Below are positions 51,845 through 63,256 of a stretch of DNA of 64,000 bases, in pieces. The translations under genes were made by a program, and so were the position numbers. This stretch comes from Zootoca vivipara (lineage: Eukaryota), in contig NC_083288.1 in the NCBI RefSeq assembly GCF_963506605.1, positions 38,502,001-38,566,000 of the forward strand. The letters are read 5' to 3'. The notes beneath the pieces are model-generated. The model ran no database searches. It saw only the letters and a list, made by a program, of their open reading frames with translations, and had not been told where the DNA came from. Positions within the stretch are counted from its first letter, which is position 1; the number at the start of each line of letters is the position of its first letter.

Positions 51845-52270
51845 GAGCCATCCAACCATCTTAGGGACTCCAGTCCGGATTTGTATAGTGGAGTTTACTC
51901 CAAAGCCCTTTCTTCTCCCAAAGATATCCTGCAAGGTAGCAGAGCTGTAGGATCAGAGTTTTCCTTCTCCTAGATGGGCTACTTTCCCAGGATGATGAGC
52001 TGAATCTGCCCTTTATTCTACAGCACATGCAGAACTGCCTTCTTGACTGTTAGACCCACTATCGGTCTCGTCCGCCTAATCCACCAGAGCCTGTCTTTGA
52101 GTGCAGGGGAAGTCCCTAACTTGAGACCCATCGGCTGCCCTCACCTGGTTTAGCCGGCCAGTCGAAGCCGTTTCCAGGGTGTGGTCACTGTCGCAGGCCG
52201 ACAGCTTGGAGGAGCCACAGGTGAGAGAGCTGAGTGCAGGGTGGGGACCAGAGGTGGACAAACCACCAGA
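51845..52270 (-). mobile_element. RTE-clade 5'UTR-derived fragment
   Basis: Minus strand has CCCATCTAGGAGAAGGAAAACTCTGA and CTCACCTG...GGCTAAACCAGGTGAG motifs recalled from RTE 5' regions. Confidence 0.55.
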
Positions 52271-53184
52271 GATATCATACTACCCCTCCCCTAACACCCC
52301 ATGCAGCTTAAATACCACCAGCTCCCTAGCCAATCTGTTCCACTGCCCAACAGTGCTTAGCTGCTAGGAAGTTTCTCAAACCCGCTTCCCTGCCATTTCC
52401 ACCAAAACTGGTTCTGCCTTCTGCAGTAGCAGAGCACCAGCCTGCCTGCTTCTTCTGCACGACAGCCCTTCAGGTGTATTTCAATATGGCTATAATGTAT
52501 AATCTCCAGTCTAAACATACCCAGCTCCTTGAAGCCATTCCTCATAGGAACTGGCTTCCATATCTGTCGCCACCCAAGCCGCTCTCCTCTCTCAGTATCA
52601 ATGTGAAACGGAAACCAGAAGTGGACAACCACAGAACAGAGCGGAGCTATGACTTCTCAGCAAGGCACAAATCCTTTGGATTAAAAGAAATGTGTGCGTG
52701 TGCATGCGTGAAGGGTTGACCTGTGTTGAACACACCACTAGAGCAATTATGAGCTATTCAAAGTCAGCCACAGCAAATCCTTTTTAAGAGGCTATCTAAT
52801 CTTGACCACATCCAACAGCAAACCTTGCTGATTCCCACCCTCTGCCAGTGCTCAGGAAACGGCTCTGAGCTTTTCACTTATTTATTTTATTTGTCCACCA
52901 AAGATTGCAGGGCAGTTCACAACTTTGAAGTACATAATAGGAACAGAAAATACAAAATGAAAACAAACCAATAAGATTCCCACCCCACCCCACCCCGCTC
53001 CCACAAATACGTTGAAAAGGCCATTGAATGTTTTGGGCGTTATAATTGTTCGGATCGTGAATTAATGAGTGAACAAAATTAATGCATAGCTCACTAGTTC
53101 TCACTTCCTTCTCAGAGAACCCAGCAATCACCGTTCTTTTCCTAACCCACAAACAGTGCAATCCTGTGCATGTTTACTTTAGAA

Positions 53185-53437
53185 CAGGGGTCAGCAACCT
53201 TTTTCAGTCGTGGGCCGGTCCACCATCCCTCAGACCATGTGGTGGGCCGGACTATAATTTTTTTGGGGGGGAATGAACAAATTCCTACGCCCCACAAATA
53301 ACCCAGAGATGCATTTTAAATAAAAGGACACATTCTACTCATGTAAAAACACGCTGATTCCCGGACCGTCCGTGGGCCGGATTGAAAAGGCGATTGGGCC
53401 ATATCCGGCCCATGGACTTTGGGTTGCCTAAGCGTGC
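53185..53437. mobile_element. hAT (Charlie-like) MITE; partial copy at about 47970-48187
   Basis: CAGGGGTCAGCAACC start, GGTTGCCTA end; internal sequence shared with 48035-48187. Confidence 0.75.
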
Positions 53438-55757
53438 CTTAGAGCAAGCCCTACTGTGTTAAATCCCTAGGAAGTGTGCATCGGATTGCAGCCTAAGGTT
53501 ACAGACAAAAGTACATTTGCTAGGAAGTGCAAACGGGCTTAGCCTTGCAACAGCAATCACACCCTTGTTCCCCCAATGACAGGAGGTCTGGCTTATAGTG
53601 CATATGGAACAGAAGCATCTGCTCCAGCACACCTGACACAGCGCCCCCTAAAGGCAAAATGCACATTTCCTTCAGGCCTTCCATTTTGCTCAAGGCACCA
53701 GAGCTTTAACAATGAATTTTTTTTAAAAAAAACCTCAGTAAAAACACACACTAGATAGATCGATAGTCATGGCTCCAGGCTTTCCACTTCACCTCCTCCA
53801 GGGAGAAGATGGGAATGAGAGAAATAATTTCCGTGAATACATTGCCAAGATAAGATACGTGCCACAGTGTGAGATGTTTACAAGCCCTTCCAATTTTTTA
53901 TTCAGATCAATTTGACAGCAAGCAGGGATTTTAGTGGGATCTGTCCTTTGCTCTCTGCTAGGGCAACAAATGCTGGTAAACTTGCTTCCCCCTGTGGGTT
54001 TTCCAACCACCTAGGGTGGGGGGAAAGGGGGGGGCACTCTTCTGCAAGTGAGACATTTTTATGGCATGGAGATAAGCATTATCACCCCAGGATGGATACA
54101 ATACCTGTATATCCTAAGCCTCAATGTCTCTAACAAGCACTGACTCACTAAGTTGCCAAATACACAAGTTGTCCTTTGTGCTTCTGCTTTATTAGGGGTG
54201 CCAACAAATTAGAACTATGTTTAAATAATACAGGATGCATTTTAATCATGGCATTAACACATGCTAATGTCTGTAGATCAAGCTGTTATTAAAGGCACAG
54301 GAGCAGGGGCTGGTAAAAAAAAATGGCAACCCTATTGTCTACTTCGGGTTGAAGCGTTGTCCTTCAACGTTAAAAAAAATATATTCTTGTGATTTCATAT
54401 TGCTTAATATTGGGATACCTTAGAGTTGCCAACTTTTTGACCAGGGACTGCAGCTGTGGCAGAGGAAAACATTCAAAGCCAACCAATATATGTAAATAAG
54501 TATGTACATAAGTAAAATGCTGATAATCACCACACTGCCTGATTTCTGCATGTCCAACTGCCGAAAAAGGACATATTCCAGACCCTCCAAGTGTCCCTAT
54601 TTTCCAGGGACGTCCCCTGATTTAGAGAAGCCATTCTGTTTTTTTTATTTGAACCCAGAATGTCCTATTTTTCCTTAGGATGTCCCTATTTTTATTGGAA
54701 AAATGTTGGAGGGTATGGAGTTATCCAAACCCCAAGCCGTCTGAAGGCAATACTGTATAGGGAAGTTTTTTTAAAAAAAAATGTTTAATGCATTATTATG
54801 TTTTTATTGGGGCAGCCCAATAAGATTTGTGGGGTATAAACAGTAAAATTATCATTATGGAATGGGACGTCGCTATTTTCATCAGAGAAATGTTGGAGGG
54901 TGTGCATATTCTTTTCTGATCAACTGGCAATCCTAGAATACGCACTCAGTGAAACACCAACACTTTCCTCCCTCAAATCTGGGGGTGGACGTGTTTTCCT
55001 GCATACCAAATTGTTATATTTCCCCCCCAAAAAAACAAACAAAAATTTCTCCCAGATTCATTTTATCCCATACTGGAAGTCTTTGAGAAGAGGCATAGAG
55101 AACCACCTGTTTGCTCATTATTTATTAATAAAAATATTCATAAACTGCCCACTCATGTGAAATATCAAGGCGGTGAACAACAATACAATCAACGTAAGAG
55201 GCCATAAAATGATACAGTACAGTACTGTATAATTTTTTTTTCCTTTTAAATGATCTGAAGAAAAACGTAAGGAGCTGAATAAGCCTGTAGGGGGAGCTCT
55301 AGCTCCTGAATCTGCTGCATTGACTGACCAGACTGATCGGCTTCAGCAATTAGGTTTCTGCAATGCAGGAAGGAAGAGGGCTGGGTCTAGACCCTATCCC
55401 ACCACTCACCTTGCCTATTGCGAGGTCTCTGGCACAGACATATTTCGAAATGTGCGTGTAGGAGGTACGAACGGAGACCATCTCACTCATTTGCTGCAAT
55501 ACAGACAAGAGCACAACATACTTTACAGATGTTTAAACCAGTGCCTCTCGACATGGTGCCCTCCAGTTTTCAATGGTCCCCCCCCCCTACTCTTGTGTAC
55601 TTCATTGGTCGCCACCCTCTTCTGGGGATTGCTATTTGTTTTAAACTATTTGTTAATGCTTTATTTTAAATTGTTGTGACCTGCTCTGGGACGACAAATA
55701 ATTACAATTACAACAAATAAAGGCTTGGCATATCTTGCTTTGTATGCCATGCATCTA

Positions 55758-56524
55758 CCTGTGTTTCTCACATTTTAAGACACCGTCTTATATTTATTTT
55801 AGTCAAGAAAATAAGCCTATGGCTTATTTGGGGGGGTGTCTTTTTTTTTTTTACTAACTGGTAAGTTGCTGCTGCTGCTCAAGTGCCGACAAAGCGCCCA
55901 GCAGCGCGCGCTGCATGGAGCCCCGAGCCAGCAGGACCCGCTGAAGCACCGACAAAGCGCCCGGCAGCGCTGTGCAGAACACCCCGAGCCGCAGGAGGAG
56001 GAGGATTCAAAGTGCTACAGAGCACTGCTGGGTCCCGCTGGCTCGGGGTGCTCCGCATGGCTCTGCTGGGTGCTTTGTCAGCGCTTCAGCAGGGCCCGCA
56101 GCACACACCGCGTGGAGTCCTGAGCCAGCGGGACCCAACAGCGCACCCCGCTGAAGCACTGACAAAGCGCCCAGCAGCGCCACGCGGAGCACCCCGAGCC
56201 AGTGGGACCCAGCAGTGCTCTGTAGCACTTTGAATCCTCCTCCTGCGGCTCGGGGCACTCTGTGTGGTGCTGCCGGGCGCTTTGTCGGCGCTTCAGCTGG
56301 GTCCCGCTGGCTCGGGGCTCCACACGGCGCACGCTGCGGACGTTGCTGGGTCCCGCTGCCTTGGGGCTCCACGCGGCGCACGCTGCTGGGTGTTTTGGCG
56401 AGGCCCTCCAGAACTGCACTTAGCACTATGGCTTATTTTCGGGGTATGTCTTATATTTTTTCAACGCATGAAAATCGTGCCATGGCTTATTTTATAGGCA
56501 TGTCTTAAAATGTGAGAAACACGG
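55758..56524. mobile_element. Tc1/mariner-type non-autonomous element with a GC-rich internal inverted minisatellite
   Basis: TIR-like ends CCTGTGTTTCTCACATTTTAAGAC / GTCTTAAAATGTGAGAAACACGG flanked by TA. Confidence 0.8.
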
Positions 56525-59347
56525 TATATATTGGTTTCACCTTTTATGATGCATTACTGAAATAAATGCACTTTTCGACGATATTCTAATTTTCCGAGTT
56601 TCACCTGTATATGGTTTGTCTATTGGCAGGAACGGGGAAGACTTATTTTCAATAGTTTTGGGTCTGTCCCCCCCCCCAAGAGTAGTATTTAAATAAGTTT
56701 TACTCAAAGTAGCTCCACTGAAATTAATGAACATGACCGAGGCTGCATACACATTCTTTCCCTCAAAGAATTCTGGGCATTGTAGTCTCCCACAAAGCTG
56801 CAGGTCCCAGCAACCCTTAACAGGCTCAGAGGCCACAATTCTTTGAGATGGAGAAATATGGTTTAAAGGCATAGTGCGTACGCAGCCAAAGTTAGGAACT
56901 TTGATTTCAGTAGGTCGACCTAAGAAAAACTTGGTTGCATACAATCCCCACCCCCCAAAAAGTTTTACTGTCTGAACAGCTATATACAGAAGCAAGCAAA
57001 AATTACAGTACATTTATGAACTGCTGCCCTGGGTGTTGCAGATAGTGAATGAGGCCTGTCCCCCAAAGGACTTGGCTGGGGTAGCCAACACAGTGCCCTC
57101 TAGATGCTGTTGGACTACAGCTCTCACCTGCCCCAGCCAGCACGGCCAATGGTTAGGGATGATGTGAGTTGTAATCCGACAACATCTGAAGGATGCCTCA
57201 TTGGCCAAAATGGTGAGGTCTCCTGCAGCTTACCAGTCATATAGAAGAGGGAGCTGGACTTTCCACGACAAATGTAAATTCCCTCTTCTACAACTAGTAA
57301 AGCTGTAAGAGCCTTGCCCTCTCTTTCACATCAGCAACCGAACATGCGATGAGTGGTTACAAAAACTGGGTGTTGCTGTTTTTCCCTCCCTTGAAGGCCA
57401 CAAAACAGGCACATGCGGGTAAGTCAGGTAGTCAATATTTTTGTGGGCTAATCATACGCATATTTAGGTGTTCTCTATAAGCTCCTTCCTGTTCCTGCTT
57501 CTCCTCTGTATACAACAAGAAGATATTTACTTTATACGTAAGTATCTGAGCTTCTCTATTTTACAGTGCAAGAAATATGCAGTCGTTTGTACAGCAATGG
57601 TTAGAATCCGCAACTACAGGGAAGCAGTCAATAGCCTCACCACGGCTGGCTGCACAACTTGTTGCTTTTTGGATTTTATACTGTGCCAGTTGTAGCTCAA
57701 TGGTACTTCACCTGCCTTGCACACCGAAGGCCCCAGGTTCAATCTTCAGCATTTCCAAGTAGGGGTGGGAATGTCCCTTCTCTGAAACCCTGGAGATTTG
57801 ATTCAGTGTAAATACTGAGCTAGATGGACTCAACATTGGGCAGCTTGCTTGGGGGGAGGGGCTGGTAGGATTCAAATCCTGTGACAGTTATGAACACTGC
57901 ACTATGGCAAATTAGACACGGGCATTATCACTTTGGATTGATTCATTTTGCAATCGCCTCCGATTCCACAGGACGCTGCAGCAACATCTACCACGATAGC
58001 TTTTCAGGTGATGGGGAAAGCAGGCGCTGTTTTCCGGCCCCACATCCGGTTTCAGAAATGAAATGCTTTAACTGGAAGGAAATTATGCAAAAGACCTCAG
58101 AACCCAGAAGCAAAATGCAGTTGTTTCTAAATTAGGTGGCAGTAGGGCACCTGGGTTGGCAGCAGGCAAAGCGAGATCAGTGGCAGATGTTGGGCTCTCA
58201 AATTTCAGCGGTGACCCGTGCAACGCAAAAATCTGGCGCCCCCCCCCCCACGCTCCGTTCTACTACTGTACTGGCTTTTTGTGGCTCCCCCTACAGCACG
58301 TTCAAACCAGTTTCACTCCCCTAAAACCGCCTCTGGCAAGATGAACTGTAAAGAAAGGCTCCTGCATTACGATGACCTTTTCTGTTCCGTCAAAATTCCT
58401 TCTGCCTTTCGCAGGTTCGTGAGGCAAAAGCTCAACAAGTGAAACTTTCTCTTTCTAGAATAAGCAACACCCGTGGAGTTTGTCCTGCAGGGACTCAGCT
58501 CAGCCATTAAGCTCAGCAGACCACTGGCGCTTACGGAGGTGGCAGAGCCTGGGAGCTGCCACATTGATTTCCCACAATGCCCCTGACATAATGTTGTTTC
58601 GGGGCATTGTGGGGAATTTCCCCAGCTGCCCTTGTGCAAATTAGAGAGTAGAGAGGCTGGTCATTGGCTCATCTTTGCCACGAGTCCCTTTGTTTGTAAG
58701 CCAAAAATAGCTGGGCCACCACCACACCTTCAAACCTTGGAAAGAGTTTGAACATGCCTGTCTCTGTAGGAGAGTCCCAAACAGGGGAAAGACCAGCATA
58801 TGCTCTCTCGCCAGAGCAGCATTATCATGAGGAGAGAATCATGCCTGAATAGAGCTAAGGACCCTAAACAACAACCAACCAAGGCCATCTGCTTAATGCA
58901 AGTCCCTCTGTCTTCTGGAAAACACAAGAGCAAGAGGAAGCAGTTAGCTTACTCACTTGCTTTGCTTTGTCAAGATTAGATTTCTTTTTCCTTTTTCTTA
59001 ATGCCATTGTTAATGTTTGACTAAGACGCCATTGCTTGGCTCCTCTTTGCCTCGTAAGGTAAGCGTACTCCTCCTTGCACTTGACCTGTCAGGCTGCAGC
59101 CTATCCAAAGTCAAAACAAAGCAGCTTGAGAGTCCTGAGTGTCGTCAGAGTCCTGCCCCATAATTCTACGCGGGGGTGCCCTAAATGCATTTTGCACATG
59201 CTTCTCATCATCTCTTTCCCAGCTTCAAAAGCTAAGCCCCAATATTTGAAACGGGGGCGGGGGCAAGTCCTATAAGGACAGAACAGACGTTTCAGGCAAA
59301 GGTTGCCTTCTTAGGCCCTTACCAAGACCCACTAAAGGGAAAGTGGC

Positions 59348-59627
59348 CACGTGCACACGTTCAATTACACGTGGGAGGCAACGTGAAATGTAGGGAAGAG
59401 CCAAAGGAGGTGACAGACCGGGCATTTCTATCACTTCCAAGACCGCAGTACTTCTCACTGCGGGCCGTTCTGGTGTTTTCGGCCTCTGAGATAAAACGAT
59501 TTGCATGCACGTGTGAATCCGCGGGGCGTCTGTGTATACGGAGCCCTCTCCCCAAATAGTGCAACGCGGCTGTTTCAGGGGTGTGTAATCAGTTCTTCTA
59601 AATGTTCCTCCTGCAACCTTCCACGTG
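59348..59627. promoter_or_regulatory. E-box cluster (CpG-rich enhancer or promoter)
   Basis: CACGTG at 59348, 59368, 59508 and 59622; CACGTT at 59356; AACGTG at 59380. Confidence 0.7.
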
Positions 59628-60747
59628 AGTATTTTGTAAAGACCTTTTTGCTTTGTGCTAAAATATATTTGTCACTGGAGGGCAGTTGCTGATGCTGGAT
59701 CAAACTCCTGCAACTTTTGCCGTGTGTGTGTAATGACTCACCTGCCTTTCAAATCCGGTGTTTGTACTCGGACCCATTCATCCCTGCAGCTTCCATATTC
59801 TTGCAGACCCGGCCTTCCTCCCCCACCTCTAAGCTTCTCTCCATTAGGATGTCCTAGAGTCCCATCAGGAGGTAGCCAGGTGTGAAGCAGGAAATTAAAC
59901 AGCGAGTTTAGGAAGAAATTGAGCAAAGGGAGGTGAGAATGTGCTGTGTTAGTTTCCTCTGCAAAACGAAGCAAAGCGAAACGGGGGGGGCGGGCGGGGG
60001 CGGCGTGATAACTAAGGGTGGGGGATTTGTGAATTGGTTATCTGACTCAGTTTGGTGAAAGGCAGTGACCTGGTCTAGACTGTTTCCTCCCCTCCTCTAC
60101 AGGCACAAAGAACCCAGGTGTCCTGACTTTTGCTTAACCAAACCAGCATTTAGTATAAGGTTCCCTCCAGACTTATTATTATTATTATTATTATTCTGCA
60201 TTTATGATTATTTGTGCTCATGATGGTGTCAGGTCAGCTGTATGTTTTTAAATGTTTTGTCGTGTCTGTTTTCCATCAGGAGGAAGGGCTTGGGTATAAA
60301 TGTAGCAAATCATGCCCCCGCTTTCAATATTGTTTTGCGCCAGCAAAAGTTTCGAACTGGAGGTACAGCATCATTTTCAAAACTGGGGCATGCCCCATAG
60401 CTTTCTGCTGAAATCATACCACAGATGTTCACATGAGTGTTTTGCACAATATTGTCCCTCTGGACAACAATATGGGAAAGCATCAAAAGTCCTAGATCAT
60501 AGAATCATAGAGTTGGAAGGGACCAACCCCCCCCCCTGCAATGAGGGAATATGCAGTTGTCAGAACAAGTAATAAAGCAGAATGATGTGTAGACAGTCCA
60601 GTATAAACCCAGCACTAATGCACTGTTACCGTGTCAATGACATGTTGCAGAAACCTCTCTTTAAACAACAACAACCAGTCTGGAAAAGCCTTAAGTCTCA
60701 TGTTGACTGAGAAGGAAGACCCACAGAAGACAACCAACCTTACGCCT

Positions 60748-61193
60748 TAAAAGGTAAAGGTAAAGGGCATAGCTACCAAGTTTTCCCTTTTCTCGCGAGG
60801 AAGCCTATTCAGCATAAGGGAAAATCCCTTTAAAAAAGGGATAACTTGGCAGCTATGAAAGGGACCCCTGACCATTAGGTCCAGTTGTGACCGACTCTGG
60901 GGTTGTGCGCTCATCTCACATTATTGGCCGAGGGAGCCAGCGTATAGCTTCCAGGTCATGTGGCCAGCATGACAAAGCCGCTTCTGGCTAACCAGAGCAG
61001 CACATGGAAACGCCGTTTACCTTCCCGCTGTAGTGGTTCCTATTTATCTACTTGCATTTTGACGTGTTTTCAAACTGCTAGGTTGGCAGGAGCTGGGACC
61101 GAGCAACGGGAGCTCACCCCGTCACAGGGATTCGAACCGCTGACCTTCTGATCAGCAAACCCTAGGCTCTGTGGTTTAACCCACAGTGCTACT
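60748..61193 (-). mobile_element. Sauria SINE with nested MITE
   Basis: High identity to the other copies. Confidence 0.88.
60768..60857. mobile_element. 90-bp hAT-type MITE nested in a Sauria SINE tail
   Basis: Same TIRs in reverse orientation; aaaggg repeated on both sides. Confidence 0.85.
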
Positions 61194-61293
61194 CCTATTG
61201 AATTCAGCGGGGCTTGTTCCCAGGTAAGTGGGGTGACAACTATACCCTTGACCCAGAGTATTTAGGACTGCAGACTCCAACCCTGTGACTACT

Positions 61294-61492
61294 AGTTACA
61301 GGTAGGTAGCCGTGTTGGTCTGAGTCGAAGCAAAATAAAAAAATTCCTTCAGTAGCACCTTAAAGACCAACTAAGTTTATATTTTGGTATGAGCTTTCGT
61401 GTGCATGCACAGTGTGCATGCACACGAAAGCTCATACCAAAATATAAACTTAGTTGGTCTTTAAGGTGCTACTGAAGGAATTTTTTTATTTT
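61294..61492. mobile_element. Penelope-like inverted (hairpin) element; a half copy lies at about 45205-45286
   Basis: About 80-bp near-perfect inverted arms; TSD cctgtgactact/cctgtggctact. Confidence 0.8.
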
Positions 61493-61804
61493 CCTGTGGC
61501 TACTGTAACTCTTCCGAGTAGCTTACACTCACCTTGCAAAAACCACAGAGCCCCACTTCCCATCCTGCTGCCCCTTCTAGGAAACCCAAGAGTTCCTGTC
61601 CCCCCCTCCCTCCATATCCCCCTCCCCCTCTGAATCGGCTTCCCCTGGGGGAAAACTGGGATGCACTGTGAATGGGATGGATTTTCTCAGCAGGAGTGGA
61701 GAAAGAGAACCGAGAAGAGGAAGGAGGCGGGGAAATAGGAGCTGCTGTATGTATAGGGCCAGAGCTGCAGCTGGAGGCATCACTGCCTCAACAGGAAAGC
61801 AAAG

Positions 61805-61894
61805 ATGCTGCTCCTCTTGGCATCTCTCTGCCTCTCGAGTTTCCCCCAGATCAGGGCAGCTCCATCCAGCACCCAGGAGATGACCAGAGGGTTG
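61805..61894 (+). CDS. MMP25: Matrix metallopeptidase 25 (MT6-MMP), first coding exon (signal peptide); rest of gene beyond window
   Basis: aagATG CTG CTC...AGA GGG TTG|gtgagt = MLLLLASLCLSSFPQIRAAPSSTQEMTRGL. Phase-0 donor at the position where recalled human MMP25 exon 1 ends (...PSAQDVSLGV|DWL). In-frame TAG upstream. Divergent from BICDL2 as in human. Confidence 0.8.
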
Positions 61895-62902
61895 GTGAGT
61901 CCAAGAAGCCTGGGTTCTCAGGAAAGAGCGGGCTCTGGGGGTTTAGGGTAAGGGTGCTAGGAGTCAGGACTCCTGAGGTTTTTTTGGGGGGGGATCTGGT
62001 GTTTATGGGGAGAGGGGAGCTGGGACAGCAGATTCTCTAGGAGATCATTAGGGTTCAGGGGTTAAAGCTGGGGAGGAGTTATGCTGGCCAGGACCCCCTT
62101 CGGAAGAAGCTGGTGCCTGGAATGAGAGGGGGCTGTGGAAGGACTTGTCGATGCTTGTGAAAAAATTAATATGCCCAGGGGTTCGCAATAAGTGGGAACT
62201 GAACTCTGTCCCAAAGTCTCTGGGAGTGGGGTGAAGGAGGTGCTCCTTTCTCTTCATCTCTTGCCCCTGAAAGAGGGATAAATAAAATCGATCCATTTCC
62301 TTGAGGTTTCGTGTTACAAACTGCCTGCAGTTAGGAAATAATCGATCCCTTTAGTTAGTCCCTGTTTTCTCCCTCCTGTGTCCCCCTGCCTCAGTTATCT
62401 AGGGATAATTTTTCGCCTCTTGGTAATGTGCAATCTGATCTCTGTATCCTGTCCCCCCCACCCCTTATCTATAGCCATAAAGTACAGTTGTTCGATGATG
62501 CACTTATTCTTTGGGGCAGGGGGGGGGTCTCCCTTTAGCTGGTAATGTGCCTTAGGGTGTTGCTTCCAGACATACCGGTAGGACTCCTAGTGCTGCCAAA
62601 TAATTGTTCTTCTGCTATTGAGGCAGGAGTGGGGTTGCCATTCACTCTTCGAACTTCCTTTTTTGAGGGTCACTTAGGAATGCAGGAAGGTGCCTTGTCC
62701 TGAGTCTTCTCATTGGTCCATCTAGCTCAGTACTGTCTACTCTGACTGGCAGAAGCTCTCCAGGGTTTCAGGCAGCTCTACCTGCAGATGCAAGCAGAAG
62801 TTCAATCCCCAGCGAAGCAGATGCTCTGCCACTAAACTATGGCTCTTTCCCAGTAGCTACTCCAAAATACAAGCCAGATTTGCAATTTGGGAGGTGTCTT
62901 CC

Positions 62903-63256
62903 TGCGGGTGGCGCTGTCGTCTAAACCACTGAGCCTCTTGAGCTTGCCAATCGGGAGGTCGGTGGTTCGAATCCCTGCCATGGGGTGAGCTCCCGCTGCT
63001 CTGTCCCAGCTCCTGCCAACCTAGCAGTTCGAAAGCACGTCAAAGTGCAAGTAGATAAATAGGTACCACTCTGGCGGGAAGGTAAACAGCGTTTCCGTGC
63101 GCTGCTCTGGTTTGCCAGAAGCGGCTTTGTCATGCTGGTCACATGACCCGGAAGCTGTACACCGGCTCCCTCAGCCAGTAAAGTGAGATGAGTGCCGCAA
63201 CCCCAGAGTCGGTCACGACTGGACCTAACGGTCAGGTGTCCCTTTACCTTTACCTT
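62903..63256 (+). mobile_element. Sauria SINE
   Basis: GGTGGCGCTG head, GGTTCGAATCCC B box, CCTTTACCTTTACCTTT tail. Confidence 0.9.

Noticed and set aside
55880-56400. Repeat-spacer-like pattern and 113-139 aa ORFs
   Set aside because: Eukaryotic transposon-internal minisatellite; no unique spacers or cas genes; the ORFs are a GC-content artefact
61385-61440. Hammerhead ribozyme in the second Penelope hairpin (and in the half copy near 45260)
   Set aside because: The CTGAAGA catalytic box is missing in these copies
61533-61563. Minus-strand mini exon MGSGALWFLQ|gtgagt with strong Kozak context
   Set aside because: No in-frame downstream exon found (the 59100 acceptor hits stops); it overlaps the MMP25 promoter motifs
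61672-62040. 122-aa plus-strand ORF as the gene start
   Set aside because: The signal-peptide frame 61805-61894 fits MMP25 exon 1 and the phase-0 donor better
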